Shown: positions 1-8,496 of the stretch, piece after piece | Position numbering within the stretch: the first letter of the stretch is position 1 | Layout: every line of letters begins with the position of its first letter | Assembly: GCA_963745075.1 (NCBI GenBank) | Contig: CAVUWV010000008.1 | Span: 256,001-320,000, forward strand | Length of the DNA stretch: 64,000 nt | Reading direction: 5' to 3' | From: Candidatus Hydrogenedentota bacterium | Lineage (GTDB): Bacteria > Hydrogenedentota > Hydrogenedentia > Hydrogenedentales > SLHB01 | Translations under genes and position numbers: made by a program | The notes under the pieces: generated by a model | What the model saw: the letters and a program-made list of their open reading frames with translations, nothing else | Databases searched by the model: none | What the model was told of the DNA's origin: nothing

Positions 1-658
1 GGGGCTGTTAGCCGATTTGTCTCCGGGTAAAGCGTCGTCGAATCCGTCGGAACTGAAGACTTGGGGCGAGCGGGTCATGTTCCAGGCACGGACCCCTGAG
101 TCGGGTGCGGAACTCTGGATTTCCGATGGCACGACCGCCGGCACGCATATGGTTGCCGACATCAATCCGGGTTCGGGTGACAGCGATCCCTACGATTTCA
201 CCGTAGTTGACAAATATGTCTTCTTTCGCGCAAAGGACGACGCGTGCGGCCGGGAACTCTGGGTCACGGACGGGACAGGGAACGGCACATCGCGCGTGGC
301 CGACATCATGCCCGGGGCGGCGTCCGGCGAGCCGTACAACTTGACTCCAACGGGTTCGTCGCTCGTTCTCACGGCCAATGATGGTGTACATGGCGAAGAG
401 TTGTGGGGTGCCTTTGAGCGGGAAGGTGCATGGTCCGGCGCATTGCTGTTTGACCTTGAACCGGGTCGACAGAGTTCGGAACCGCATCGATTGCACTGGT
501 GCGACAACGGATGCGGCTTTCTTCTCGCCACCATGCCGGAAGCGGGGGAAGTCGTGTACTTGTTGCGTAAGCCGGTGGTGAACCCCGTGAGCGCGGAAGG
601 ATGGACTATCGAGCAGATTGCAGCAACGGCGCGAATTGGAAAGGAGGCACGGAAGTGA
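1..658 (+). CDS. ELWxxDGT-repeat beta-propeller protein, C-terminal part (starts before the window)
   Basis: Repeated GAELWISDGTTAGT, GRELWVTDGTGNGT and HGEELW motifs, each followed by ADIxPG/DLEPG. The frame is open towards the window start; stop TGA at 656-658. Confidence 0.85.
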   Translation, partial: GLLADLSPGKASSNPSELKTWGERVMFQARTPESGAELWISDGTTAGTHMVADINPGSGDSDPYDFTVVDKYVFFRAKDDACGRELWVTDGTGNGTSRVADIMPGAASGEPYNLTPTGSSLVLTANDGVHGEELWGAFEREGAWSGALLFDLEPGRQSSEPHRLHWCDNGCGFLLATMPEAGEVVYLLRKPVVNPVSAEGWTIEQIAATARIGKEARK

Positions 659-2517
659 CGGAGTCACAGGATGATTCGAAACCCGAGTATTGCCTTCGGG
701 CTGTGACAGGACCGTTGGCGGGCAAGAGTTGGCATCTGACCGAGCCCGTTTCGCTCATAGGCCGCAATCTTGGCTGTCATGTGCGGATCGATGATACGCA
801 CGTGTCACGAGTGCAGTGTGAATTGATCGCAGCACCGTACGGTATTCACATGCGGAACATCGGCCAACGCAATCCGACGCGGATAAACAACGTGTCGCGG
901 GAGGAGGCGCATCTGCAGCCGGGAGACGTTTTGTCCTTCGCGGGGCTATCGTTCATTGTTGAACAGGCAGATGGGCCAGAGCCTCGTGGGTTGCACATGC
1001 CCGAAAACAACCGCACCACGCAGAGCTTTGCCGACGTCATACATCTCCGCGCGGAGTTTGACGAGCAAGCGTACGCGCGCGATACCCAGCTGACAGGTGA
1101 TTTGCACCGACTCCTGGGGTTGCTCCGATCGCTCGGTCGTGCCACGTCACTCGAATCGCTCTGTCAAACACTAACCGAACACTTAAAGGAACGGTTGCAG
1201 GCGGACGAGGTGTGGTTGGCCTGGCGCCTGCACCCGCAAGAGGAATTGGTCCTTTTCCCACCGGCGGCTCCGGAAAAGAACCGCAAAGCGCCCTTTCAAT
1301 TGATGCGCGACGCCTGCATTACTGCGGCGGGTATCATGATCACCGCGGCATCGACGTACGATAGAAGCGACCGTCGCACGATGGCCGCACCATTGCTGCA
1401 TGGCGGGCAGTGTTTTGGCGCTGTAGCCGTGGGTCGCACCCTCGCTTTGCCCGGTTACACGGAAAGCGATTTACAGCATTTGACCGCCGTCGCCGAATGC
1501 TCCGCGCCGTTGATTCGCGGAGCCGAGCGCATGGAGCAGTTGCAACGTGATAGCGGAAGCAATCCGGAAGGGACCGTGCCGCCGGCGACTTTGTTGAGTG
1601 CGAGCCATAGTATGCAGCGCGTACACACGGAGATTCGGCGTGCCGCCATCACCTTCGGTCACGTCATTCTGCAAGGGGAAACCGGCGCGGGCAAGGAACT
1701 TGCGGCACGCATGAATCATAACCTCAGCGCGCGCGCAAACGGACCCTACATTGTGGTCAATTGCGCGGCCATAGCGCCGGAGTTGTTTGAAAGCGAACTC
1801 TTCGGCCACGAACGCGGCGCGTTCACGGGCGCCCTTCGCCGCCGCCGCGGATTCTTCGAACTGGCCCACGGCGGTACGTTGTTTCTGGACGAAATCGGTG
1901 AACTCAGCCTCACCAACCAGGCCACGCTGCTGCGCGCCGTCGAAACCGGGCGGTTCCGCCCCGTGGGAGGTGAGTCGGAGATACAAGTCGATGTGCGCAT
2001 CATTTGTGCCACCAACCGAATGTTGCCGGACGTGAAACAGACGTATTTTCGCACGGACCTGTATCATCGGCTGGCCGGTTACATCGTCACGATACCTCCG
2101 CTGCGAGAGCATCGCGAAGACATCCCCGATCTTGCCCGTCATTTCCTGCGAGCCAGTGCGCCTAAGGCGCCCGCCCATCCCAAGGAGTTCACCAAGGAGG
2201 CCATGGACAAACTCGTCGCCTATGATTGGCCCGGGAACGTCCGGGAACTTCGCAACGTCGTCGAGCGTGCGTGTTTCTCGACGCAAGCCGCCTTTGTATC
2301 CAGTGACGATATCCATGTTGATCGGCCGGAAGCGTCCACTGCAATTCCGACCGGCACCGTATCGGTGGAAGAATTCGAACGCCAGCAGCTTATTGACGCG
2401 TTGCGGCAAAATGACAACAGCGCCTCAAAAGCGGCCAAGGCACTCGGGATTCCGCGAAGCACCATGTACTATAAGCTCTCCTACCACGGCATCAAGCCAC
2501 GAACTATGACACACTAA
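655..2517 (+). CDS. FHA-GAF-AAA+ sigma-54 enhancer-binding protein with Fis-type HTH
   Basis: FHA motif (IGRN...HVSRVQ...NPT), Walker A GETGAGKE, ESELFGHERGAFTGA, Walker B LFLDEIGE, WPGNVREL and a C-terminal HTH. GTG start overlaps the upstream stop (GTGA); SD AAGGAGG at 641-647. Confidence 0.92.
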   Translation: MTESQDDSKPEYCLRAVTGPLAGKSWHLTEPVSLIGRNLGCHVRIDDTHVSRVQCELIAAPYGIHMRNIGQRNPTRINNVSREEAHLQPGDVLSFAGLSFIVEQADGPEPRGLHMPENNRTTQSFADVIHLRAEFDEQAYARDTQLTGDLHRLLGLLRSLGRATSLESLCQTLTEHLKERLQADEVWLAWRLHPQEELVLFPPAAPEKNRKAPFQLMRDACITAAGIMITAASTYDRSDRRTMAAPLLHGGQCFGAVAVGRTLALPGYTESDLQHLTAVAECSAPLIRGAERMEQLQRDSGSNPEGTVPPATLLSASHSMQRVHTEIRRAAITFGHVILQGETGAGKELAARMNHNLSARANGPYIVVNCAAIAPELFESELFGHERGAFTGALRRRRGFFELAHGGTLFLDEIGELSLTNQATLLRAVETGRFRPVGGESEIQVDVRIICATNRMLPDVKQTYFRTDLYHRLAGYIVTIPPLREHREDIPDLARHFLRASAPKAPAHPKEFTKEAMDKLVAYDWPGNVRELRNVVERACFSTQAAFVSSDDIHVDRPEASTAIPTGTVSVEEFERQQLIDALRQNDNSASKAAKALGIPRSTMYYKLSYHGIKPRTMTH

Positions 2518-2878
2518 TTCTCATCCGCGTTCCTGGCACTCGCTATGCCATGGCGTCCACCTGGATTGGGCTGGACTACCGGAGTTTTGCCACGGAATAC
2601 CGAACCCGCATAAACCTTCGCTGATCGTTTCCCGTTCAACCTTTCGCATTGCCCGCCTCGCGTTAGTTTGATCCCCCATCCGCCTGAAGCTCGGCGAGCA
2701 CGTTGTCCAGCACGACGAATCCGGCGCCCCGACGTTGCTTCATTCCCGCCATGGCCGCGGCGAAATTCACATTCAAACACACTTCACTTGGGCCGTGGAA
2801 TGGTGGGTCACCCGCTCAGGCCCTCTCCAGAAACAGGAGACATTTCTAACGAGTCTTGACGATTCACGGTCCTGCTCT

Positions 2879-2906
2879 TTGCATCCCGCCGGCAATCGCG
2901 TATCAT
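2879..2906 (+). promoter_or_regulatory. Candidate sigma-70 promoter for the oxidoreductase gene
   Basis: TTGCAT-N16-TATCAT about 50 bp upstream of ATG 2955, which has an AGGAGG SD. Confidence 0.5.
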
Positions 2907-2954
2907 AGCGGTTTACGAATAGGTGCATTGATCTCGAGAACTTAGGAGGCATTC

Positions 2955-4283
2955 ATGTCGTACTCGATCACGAGGCGTGATTTCGTTAAGTCCGCCACGC
3001 TTACCATCTCAGTTGCCGCGGCCGGTCCTGCGATTGCGAAGCCGGGTTCGGCAAACGACAAACTCGATATCGCCATCGTCGGTGTGGGCGGCCAGGGCCA
3101 TTACAGTTACGAAAACCTGAGCAAGGAGAACATCGTCGCCATCGCCGACGTGGATTCCGAGCGCGCAGGCAAACCCTTCGCGGAGATGGACCCGTCGCAC
3201 CGTTTCAAAGACTTTCGTGTCATGCTGGACAAGGTGCAGAACTCCATCGACGCCGTCGTCGTGGCGACGCCGGACCACTCGCACTTCCATGCCGCTCACA
3301 TGGCGATGGACCTCGGCAAGCACCTCTACCTCGAGAAGCCCATGGCCCACAACGTGTGGGAAGCGCGCACGCTGACCGAATTGGCCGCCCGCAACGGACT
3401 CGCCACCCAACTCGGCATGCAGCGGCACGTCAAAGACAACATGCACCGCGTCACGGAATTGATTCAGGCCGGTGCGATCGGTGACGTGACCGAAGTGCAC
3501 AGTTGGGTCGGCAGCGACCGCGGCATGGTTCCGCGACAGACCGAACCACAAACCGTTCCCGATACGCTGGACTATGACCTCTGGCTCGGGCCGGTGGAGT
3601 ACAAGCCTTACGACTCTAACATCACGCCCTACGGCTGGCGCTTCTGGTGGGACTTCGGCACCGGCGAATCGGGGAACTGGGGTTGTCACATCCTGGACAT
3701 CCCCTTCACCGCGCTGGGCCTCGACTTCCCCACGCACGCCGGCGCGACCGGACCCGACCCCGATCCGGAGATGACGACCAAATCCATGCACAGTTGGTTC
3801 GATTTCCCGGCGAAGGGCGACCGCAAGGCGCTCAAACTGCACTGGTACCAAGCGAAAGGCGGCCCGCCCATTTTCGAGGAATTGGGACTGCCTGCCAAAG
3901 GCAACAACCTCTTCATCGGCACCAAGGGCGTGCTGAACTGCGGATTCGACGACCGCCGCCTGTACCAGAAAGACGCGAACGGCGAATGGAAGCTGGTCCT
4001 GACGGACAAAGATTCCATGGACTTCGACATACCGCCGCAAACCGTCCCCGATTCGCCCGGCTTCCATCAGGAATGGGTCAACGCGTGCAAAGGCGATCCC
4101 ACGCCGCCGGCCTGCAACTTCAGTTGGACCGGCCCGCTCTCCGAAACGGTGCTCTTGGCCAACGCGGCCTACCGCGCGCAATCCGAGTTCGATTGGGATC
4201 ATACGACCATGACCTGCACCGGCGCCCCGAAAGCCCAAGCCTACATCCGGCGAACGTTTAAGAAAGGTTGGGAGATCGCTTAG
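2955..4283 (+). CDS. Tat-exported Gfo/Idh/MocA family oxidoreductase
   Basis: TRRDFVK twin-arginine signal, IVGVGGQG Rossmann motif, VATPDHSH and YLEKPM. Confidence 0.92.
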   Translation: MSYSITRRDFVKSATLTISVAAAGPAIAKPGSANDKLDIAIVGVGGQGHYSYENLSKENIVAIADVDSERAGKPFAEMDPSHRFKDFRVMLDKVQNSIDAVVVATPDHSHFHAAHMAMDLGKHLYLEKPMAHNVWEARTLTELAARNGLATQLGMQRHVKDNMHRVTELIQAGAIGDVTEVHSWVGSDRGMVPRQTEPQTVPDTLDYDLWLGPVEYKPYDSNITPYGWRFWWDFGTGESGNWGCHILDIPFTALGLDFPTHAGATGPDPDPEMTTKSMHSWFDFPAKGDRKALKLHWYQAKGGPPIFEELGLPAKGNNLFIGTKGVLNCGFDDRRLYQKDANGEWKLVLTDKDSMDFDIPPQTVPDSPGFHQEWVNACKGDPTPPACNFSWTGPLSETVLLANAAYRAQSEFDWDHTTMTCTGAPKAQAYIRRTFKKGWEIA

Positions 4284-4391
4284 CGCGGCATCGCAGCGAA
4301 CAAATCCGAATATCCGGACCGTCGATTGAGGAACCTGGACACTCAGACGTACTGTTTCGACCGGCAATTAGAGCTATGGTACAATTCACCT

Positions 4392-4604
4392 ATGAGCAAG
4401 CGAATGACAGCCGATGACATTCTCCCGCTCATTGCAGGGCTTTCAACACAGGAACGGGTCCGGCTAATTCGACTAATCTCCGGGACTCCGTGCTGCCGTG
4501 ACGATGGCGCTGTCTATTCTGAAACCCCGCCCAGAGACTCCGAATTCTCAAGCGAAGACGATCCTCTTGCGTGGGAAGGGGATGGATGGGAGGAATTCGA
4601 TTGA
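4392..4604 (+). CDS. Small acidic putative antitoxin
   Basis: 70-aa ORF with an acidic tail; its stop overlaps the TTG start (TTGA) of a PemK/MazF toxin. Confidence 0.7.
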   Translation: MSKRMTADDILPLIAGLSTQERVRLIRLISGTPCCRDDGAVYSETPPRDSEFSSEDDPLAWEGDGWEEFD

Positions 4605-4929
4605 TCCGAGGGGAAATCCGGTGGTACACCTTTCGAATCCCTGACAAACGGCGTCCCGTTCTCATCCTCACCCGTGACGAGATCATTGATCGGCTTAACG
4701 AAATCATCGTTGTACCGGCAACTCGAACCATACGAGGGCTGGAAAGTGAAGTACTCCTGACGGTCGAGGATCAGATGCCAACGAACTGTGCCCTGAACTT
4801 CGATCATGTGTCTCTCGCACAACGTGCTCGCATTGGCCCACTGCTTTGCACGCTTCGCGAAGAGCGATGGCCCGAAATACGGCGGCACTGCTGGTTGCTT
4901 GTGGATTCGGCGAGGGAGTGTTTGAATAA
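4601..4929 (+). CDS. mazF: PemK/MazF family endoribonuclease toxin (apparent 1-nt deletion near 4883)
   Basis: RGEIRWY...DKRRPVLILTRD...IVVPATRTIRG...LNFDHV. Restoring one base gives the expected end RRALLVACGFGEGVFE* (TAA 4927-4929). Confidence 0.85.
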
Positions 4930-5067
4930 CAGGTTCTCCGTCCCGTGCCGAACAATCTCGCAGACATGCCTCAAGTCCCCGCTGAACCTGGCGCATCCCC
5001 ACTCACCTGCACGAAATCCAATCCCCGTTCGTGCGTGCCGGGCCGAACGTTTTCGTCCGGGAACTGA

Positions 5068-5610
5068 CTAAGGCGGCCGTTCGAGCGAAGTACCAGAGGC
5101 AGGAACTGGGAAGACCGCGTGAAATCGCCGCCCGCGCCGGTCTTTCCGCCGGACCGCATCACGCGTGTTTTCTTCGTGAAGCTGTAGGGCAAGAATCCCT
5201 GATTCGAACGTCAAGTGGATTTCCCGGCCCTCCGATTCCCAGGTACCGTCAACCGTATGTTCCTGTCGCGGTTCCACCTCTTGCACGGCGGGGTTGTCGG
5301 GATCGACGTAGTCGAACAACCCCGTGTCGATATCCATCCATACCCGCATGGTGAACGTCCCATCCGGGCGTATGTCCAGTTCAACCCCCTGCTCACCGGA
5401 CGCGTTCTTCTCCCGCACCGACTCCTGGGCGCGGGCGTTCATTTGTTTCGCATTGGAAAGGCTATCGGGCACGAACCCGGCGGATACCGGTAGCCCGGAC
5501 CGCCATTTACCGACGAAGGCCGGATTGTGCTCGGTCTCGCGGTCACATCCCGCGATTAAAGCAACTGCCACGATCAAGTAATACCCGTGTGTACTCACCG
5601 TTCGTTTCAT
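5068..5610 (-). CDS. Hypothetical lipoprotein
   Basis: Hydrophobic stretch ending in lipobox LIAG-C, then FVGKW and LDIRPDGTF...GTW lipocalin-like strands. The 3' end is uncertain. Confidence 0.6.
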   Translation of the reverse strand: MKRTVSTHGYYLIVAVALIAGCDRETEHNPAFVGKWRSGLPVSAGFVPDSLSNAKQMNARAQESVREKNASGEQGVELDIRPDGTFTMRVWMDIDTGLFDYVDPDNPAVQEVEPRQEHTVDGTWESEGREIHLTFESGILALQLHEENTRDAVRRKDRRGRRFHAVFPVPASGTSLERPP

Positions 5611-5908
5611 GGAGGACGTCCAATCGCCAAGATTGTGGCGCAGCGTTGGATTAAGAATGCGCCGGACGCGATTTGCCTGTGGAAGTAGATGTGAGTTTCG
5701 ATTGTCCATACGAATGGGCCCGCGATCAATTACGTGCCGACTCGACACGTTTTGACGCGGAGCGGAGTACGCGATCGGGGTAGCGTGCGCGCTCTTCAAA
5801 CACCGGTGCCCCGGTGGATTTGTGCTGTCAGTTGCTGGACAACGCGGAGGAGTTTGTTCAAGATATCGCTGTCCGAATAGACGAGGTGTACACGTTGGAG
5901 GATCGTCG

Positions 5909-6670
5909 GTGACCGAGCAGGAACTCTTCCCCTACGTCGTTGCCTTCGGGTTCCTGGTTGCTGCCGTCGTTTTCATCCGCCTCTTCTTTCAGAACGCCCC
6001 CTACGGGCGCTACATCCGCGGGGGCTGGGGTCCGACCGTTCCCGCGCGGCTGGGCTGGATTGTGATGGAAACGCCCGCGGTGCTGACCATCGCGTGGTTC
6101 CTGTTAAGCGGGCGCAACGGCGATGCGCCGATGACGATCGTCTTCCTCATCATCTGGCAGATTCATTACCTCCACCGCGCCTACATCTTTCCATTCCGGA
6201 TACGCGTTACGGGCAAACGCATGCCCATGGTCATTGCAGTCTTCGCGATCGTGTTCAACCTGTACAACGGCTACGTGAACGGCCGGTACCTGGGTGCGTT
6301 CGCCGATCCGTACCCTTTGTCGTGGCTGTACGATCCGCGCTTCATCGTGGGGGCGGTCGCTTTCTTCATCGGCTTCGCGATCAACCTGCACGCCGACACC
6401 GTGTTGATCCACCTGCGCAAACCGGGCGAGACGGATTACAAGATCCCGCATGGCGGAATGTATCGGTACCTCTCCTGCCCGAACTACTTCGGCGAGTTGC
6501 TGGAATGGACCGGCTGGGCCATCCTGACCTGGTCCATCCCCGGCCTCCTCTTTGCCACATGGACCGCAGCCAACCTCCTACCCCGCGCATTCAACACCCA
6601 TCGCTGGTACCACGAGAAGTTCCCCGACTACCCTCCCGAACGCAAGGCGGTCATCCCGTTCCTGCTCTGA
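5909..6670 (+). CDS. Steroid 5-alpha-reductase (3-oxo-5-alpha-steroid 4-dehydrogenase) family membrane protein
   Basis: APYGRY, GWIVMETP, HYLHRA, CPNYFGELLEW and HRWYHEKF...RKAVIPF motifs; GTG start with GGAGG SD. Confidence 0.9.
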   Translation: MTEQELFPYVVAFGFLVAAVVFIRLFFQNAPYGRYIRGGWGPTVPARLGWIVMETPAVLTIAWFLLSGRNGDAPMTIVFLIIWQIHYLHRAYIFPFRIRVTGKRMPMVIAVFAIVFNLYNGYVNGRYLGAFADPYPLSWLYDPRFIVGAVAFFIGFAINLHADTVLIHLRKPGETDYKIPHGGMYRYLSCPNYFGELLEWTGWAILTWSIPGLLFATWTAANLLPRAFNTHRWYHEKFPDYPPERKAVIPFLL

Positions 6671-6832
6671 GCGTTTGGTGTGCTCGCCTGGACTAACATT
6701 GCGCAGTTTCCAGGGTACCTTCTATTCCGATCCGCACGTTCCGCTCTCCAAGTTCGGCACCGGAGACATCGGCAGTTCCCTGTGATACACTGCGCCCCGC
6801 AAGGTGTGGCGGATCTACTTCAGAGGTGCACG

Positions 6833-7876
6833 ATGAAACCACATATCCCCAAGATCCTCGCGGCATGTTCGCTGATACTGAACTCATGCGCGCTGATCTT
6901 TTTCGTAAGGTGGCTCTTTAAGCTAAAAGTTTCTGGCATTGCCGGCCATGTTGGTTTTCAAGTGACGCATCGAGGACCGGTGGAGTGGTTGATAGCGGCT
7001 CTCGTGCTCTCCATCCTTGGCGTACTAACGACGGTTGTCAGCCTGATCGGCCTGACGCGTAAGCGCGGTGCTGCGCACCCGACCCATTCATCATGGCTGC
7101 GCGTGTTGACCGGCCTCGCGCTCCTGGGCGTTACCGCGCCGGCAATTGGTATCATTCCAGGCAGTGCATTGCTGCTGCCAAGTGCACAACGGGAAGCCCG
7201 CCGAGAGGCCGCAATCCACGATCTACCCGAAATAGACCGGCTTCTGAAGGCCCTGAAAGATGAAAATTACGACGTCCGCCGCGACGCAGCGCAAAAGCTC
7301 AGAAGCGAATCGTGGCTGCCCGAAAGCGCAATTCCCACGCTCACGAAGGCAGCGGCGCGCCATGATGGAGAGCCCAGTACTTTGTCCGTCCAAGCGCTGG
7401 CCCATTTCCACAATATCCCGGACGATGTGGCCCCTCGCCTGGTGGGCTTACTGGACACGCCGGAGATAGGCCCCGTCGCGGGAGAGGTTTTGGGCGGGTT
7501 TGGCGAGACGGGTGTTGATGCATTGTTGAAGGCATCAAAATCGCGAGATGCGCAGGTGCGCCAGTCTGCCGCGCACGGCCTGGGAAAATGTTCCAACTTT
7601 AAGGAAGAAATAATCCCGCAGCTCACGGGACTGCTCAGCGATGAGAACGGCTCCGTGAGGGCGGCTGCTGCGATGTCTCTGGGCAGTTGGGGCGTCAAAT
7701 CGAAATCCGCGCTTCCGATACTGCAATCCATGGCAAACGATCCCGACCCCGATGCCCGCAGCGATGCGGGATGGGCCGCCCGTGAAATTGCAAGTCGAAC
7801 CAGATCGCCCAGTCAGCCGTTACCGTTACGCGACGGTGGGCCTTTGGGCCAAACAAAAAGCGCCCCGGCCCAGTAA
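6833..7876 (+). CDS. Membrane-anchored HEAT-repeat protein
   Basis: Three N-terminal hydrophobic helices, then repeats LKDENYDVRRDAA, SRDAQVRQSAA, LSDENGSVRAAAA and DPDPDARSDA. Confidence 0.8.
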   Translation: MKPHIPKILAACSLILNSCALIFFVRWLFKLKVSGIAGHVGFQVTHRGPVEWLIAALVLSILGVLTTVVSLIGLTRKRGAAHPTHSSWLRVLTGLALLGVTAPAIGIIPGSALLLPSAQREARREAAIHDLPEIDRLLKALKDENYDVRRDAAQKLRSESWLPESAIPTLTKAAARHDGEPSTLSVQALAHFHNIPDDVAPRLVGLLDTPEIGPVAGEVLGGFGETGVDALLKASKSRDAQVRQSAAHGLGKCSNFKEEIIPQLTGLLSDENGSVRAAAAMSLGSWGVKSKSALPILQSMANDPDPDARSDAGWAAREIASRTRSPSQPLPLRDGGPLGQTKSAPAQ

Positions 7877-7953
7877 TCACCGGACCGGGGCATATATGCA
7901 TAAACCCCGGCTAAAAAGTACTGCCGCCGAGGGAAGGCATATGGCTCCCCGAG
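7848..7953. repeat. 106-bp direct repeat, copy 1 (tRNA 3' end, trailer and terminator); copy 2 at 8327-8432
   Basis: GCCAAACAAAAAGCGCCCCGG...GGAAGGCATATGGCTCCCCGAG occurs twice, 479 bp apart, with about 7 mismatches by eye. Confidence 0.95.
7849..7891 (-). terminator. Rho-independent terminator, duplicated copy
   Basis: On the minus strand a GCCCCGG(T)CC stem is followed by GCTTTTTGTTTGG; one stem position differs from copy 2. Confidence 0.7.
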
Positions 7954-8054
7954 TCACGCCGCACGCGTGATCTGCGACAGACTCGAACTTGCGACCTAGT
8001 GGTTAATCCCGCGTGCCGCGGGACTCTACCAACTGAACTCGGGATTACTCGGGG
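7942..8054 (-). pseudogene. Pseudo-tRNA-Asn with three sequence replacements
   Basis: Colinear with the tRNA at 8421-8496. On the + strand, CA is replaced by 25 nt (7954-7978, including hairpin TCACGC-CGCAC-GCGTGA), CAGCCACCCG by hairpin TCCCGCG-TGC-CGCGGGA (8007-8023), and GCTA by ACTCGGGATTAC (8037-8048). Confidence 0.9.
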
Positions 8055-8311
8055 TCTCCCCGTGTCACGTCATCGAAATAGCGCCCGATGCCCCGTTTCT
8101 TGATCTTCTTTTCCAACGCCATGGCCTCGGCCCGGGTCGGCAATTCGCATTTCCAGACGAGTTCCCATGGGCCTTCGAAACGCTTTGTAGTCTTGGAGCC
8201 ATGATAGTCAGGATCGTTGTGTTGGGCGATGCGGCGTTCGACATTGTCAGACGAGCCACAGTAGTAACGCCCCGTGGTTGCGCTTCGCAGAATATACGTC
8301 CAGCAAGGCAT
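8045..8311 (-). CDS. Small stand-alone GIY-YIG nuclease (88 aa)
   Basis: WTYILRS...YYCGSSDNVERRIAQHN...SKTTKRFEGPWELV...RAEAMALEKKIKK. Both motif tyrosines and the Arg, His and metal-binding Glu positions are present. Confidence 0.92.
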   Translation of the reverse strand: MPCWTYILRSATTGRYYCGSSDNVERRIAQHNDPDYHGSKTTKRFEGPWELVWKCELPTRAEAMALEKKIKKRGIGRYFDDVTRGDPE

Positions 8312-8327
8312 CGGTAGCCCCCTACCG

Positions 8328-8370
8328 CCAAACAAAAAGCGCCCCGGTCCAGGTTGCACCGGACCGGGGC
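8328..8370 (-). terminator. Rho-independent terminator of the tRNA-Asn transcript
   Basis: Perfect 10-bp stem GCCCCGGTCC/GGACCGGGGC (8341-8370) followed on the minus strand by GCTTTTTGTTTGG, 50 bp after the tRNA CCA. Confidence 0.85.
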
Positions 8371-8420
8371 ATATATGCATAAACCCCGGCTAAAAGATAC
8401 TGCCGCCGAGGGAAGGCATA

Positions 8421-8496
8421 TGGCTCCCCGAGCAAGACTCGAACTTGCGACCTAGTGGTTAACAGCCACCCGCTCTACCAACTGAGCTATCGGGGA
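8421..8496 (-). tRNA. tRNA-Asn (GTT), 76 nt, encoded CCA
   Basis: The reverse complement reads TCCCCGA TA GCTC AGTTGGTA GAGC G GGTGG CTGTTAA CCACT AGGTC GCAAG TTCGAGT CTTGC TCGGGGA GCCA, a complete cloverleaf. Confidence 0.98.

Noticed and set aside
7695..8380. N-terminal extension MHICPGPV on the nuclease ORF and on ORF 7695..7901
   Set aside because: It is a translation of the duplicated terminator; the GIY-YIG motif starts right after Met at 8311.
4326..8496. Integrase-type genomic island or prophage at tRNA-Asn
   Set aside because: There are no integrase or phage genes, and I noticed no further tRNA 3'-end copy beyond the one 479 bp away.
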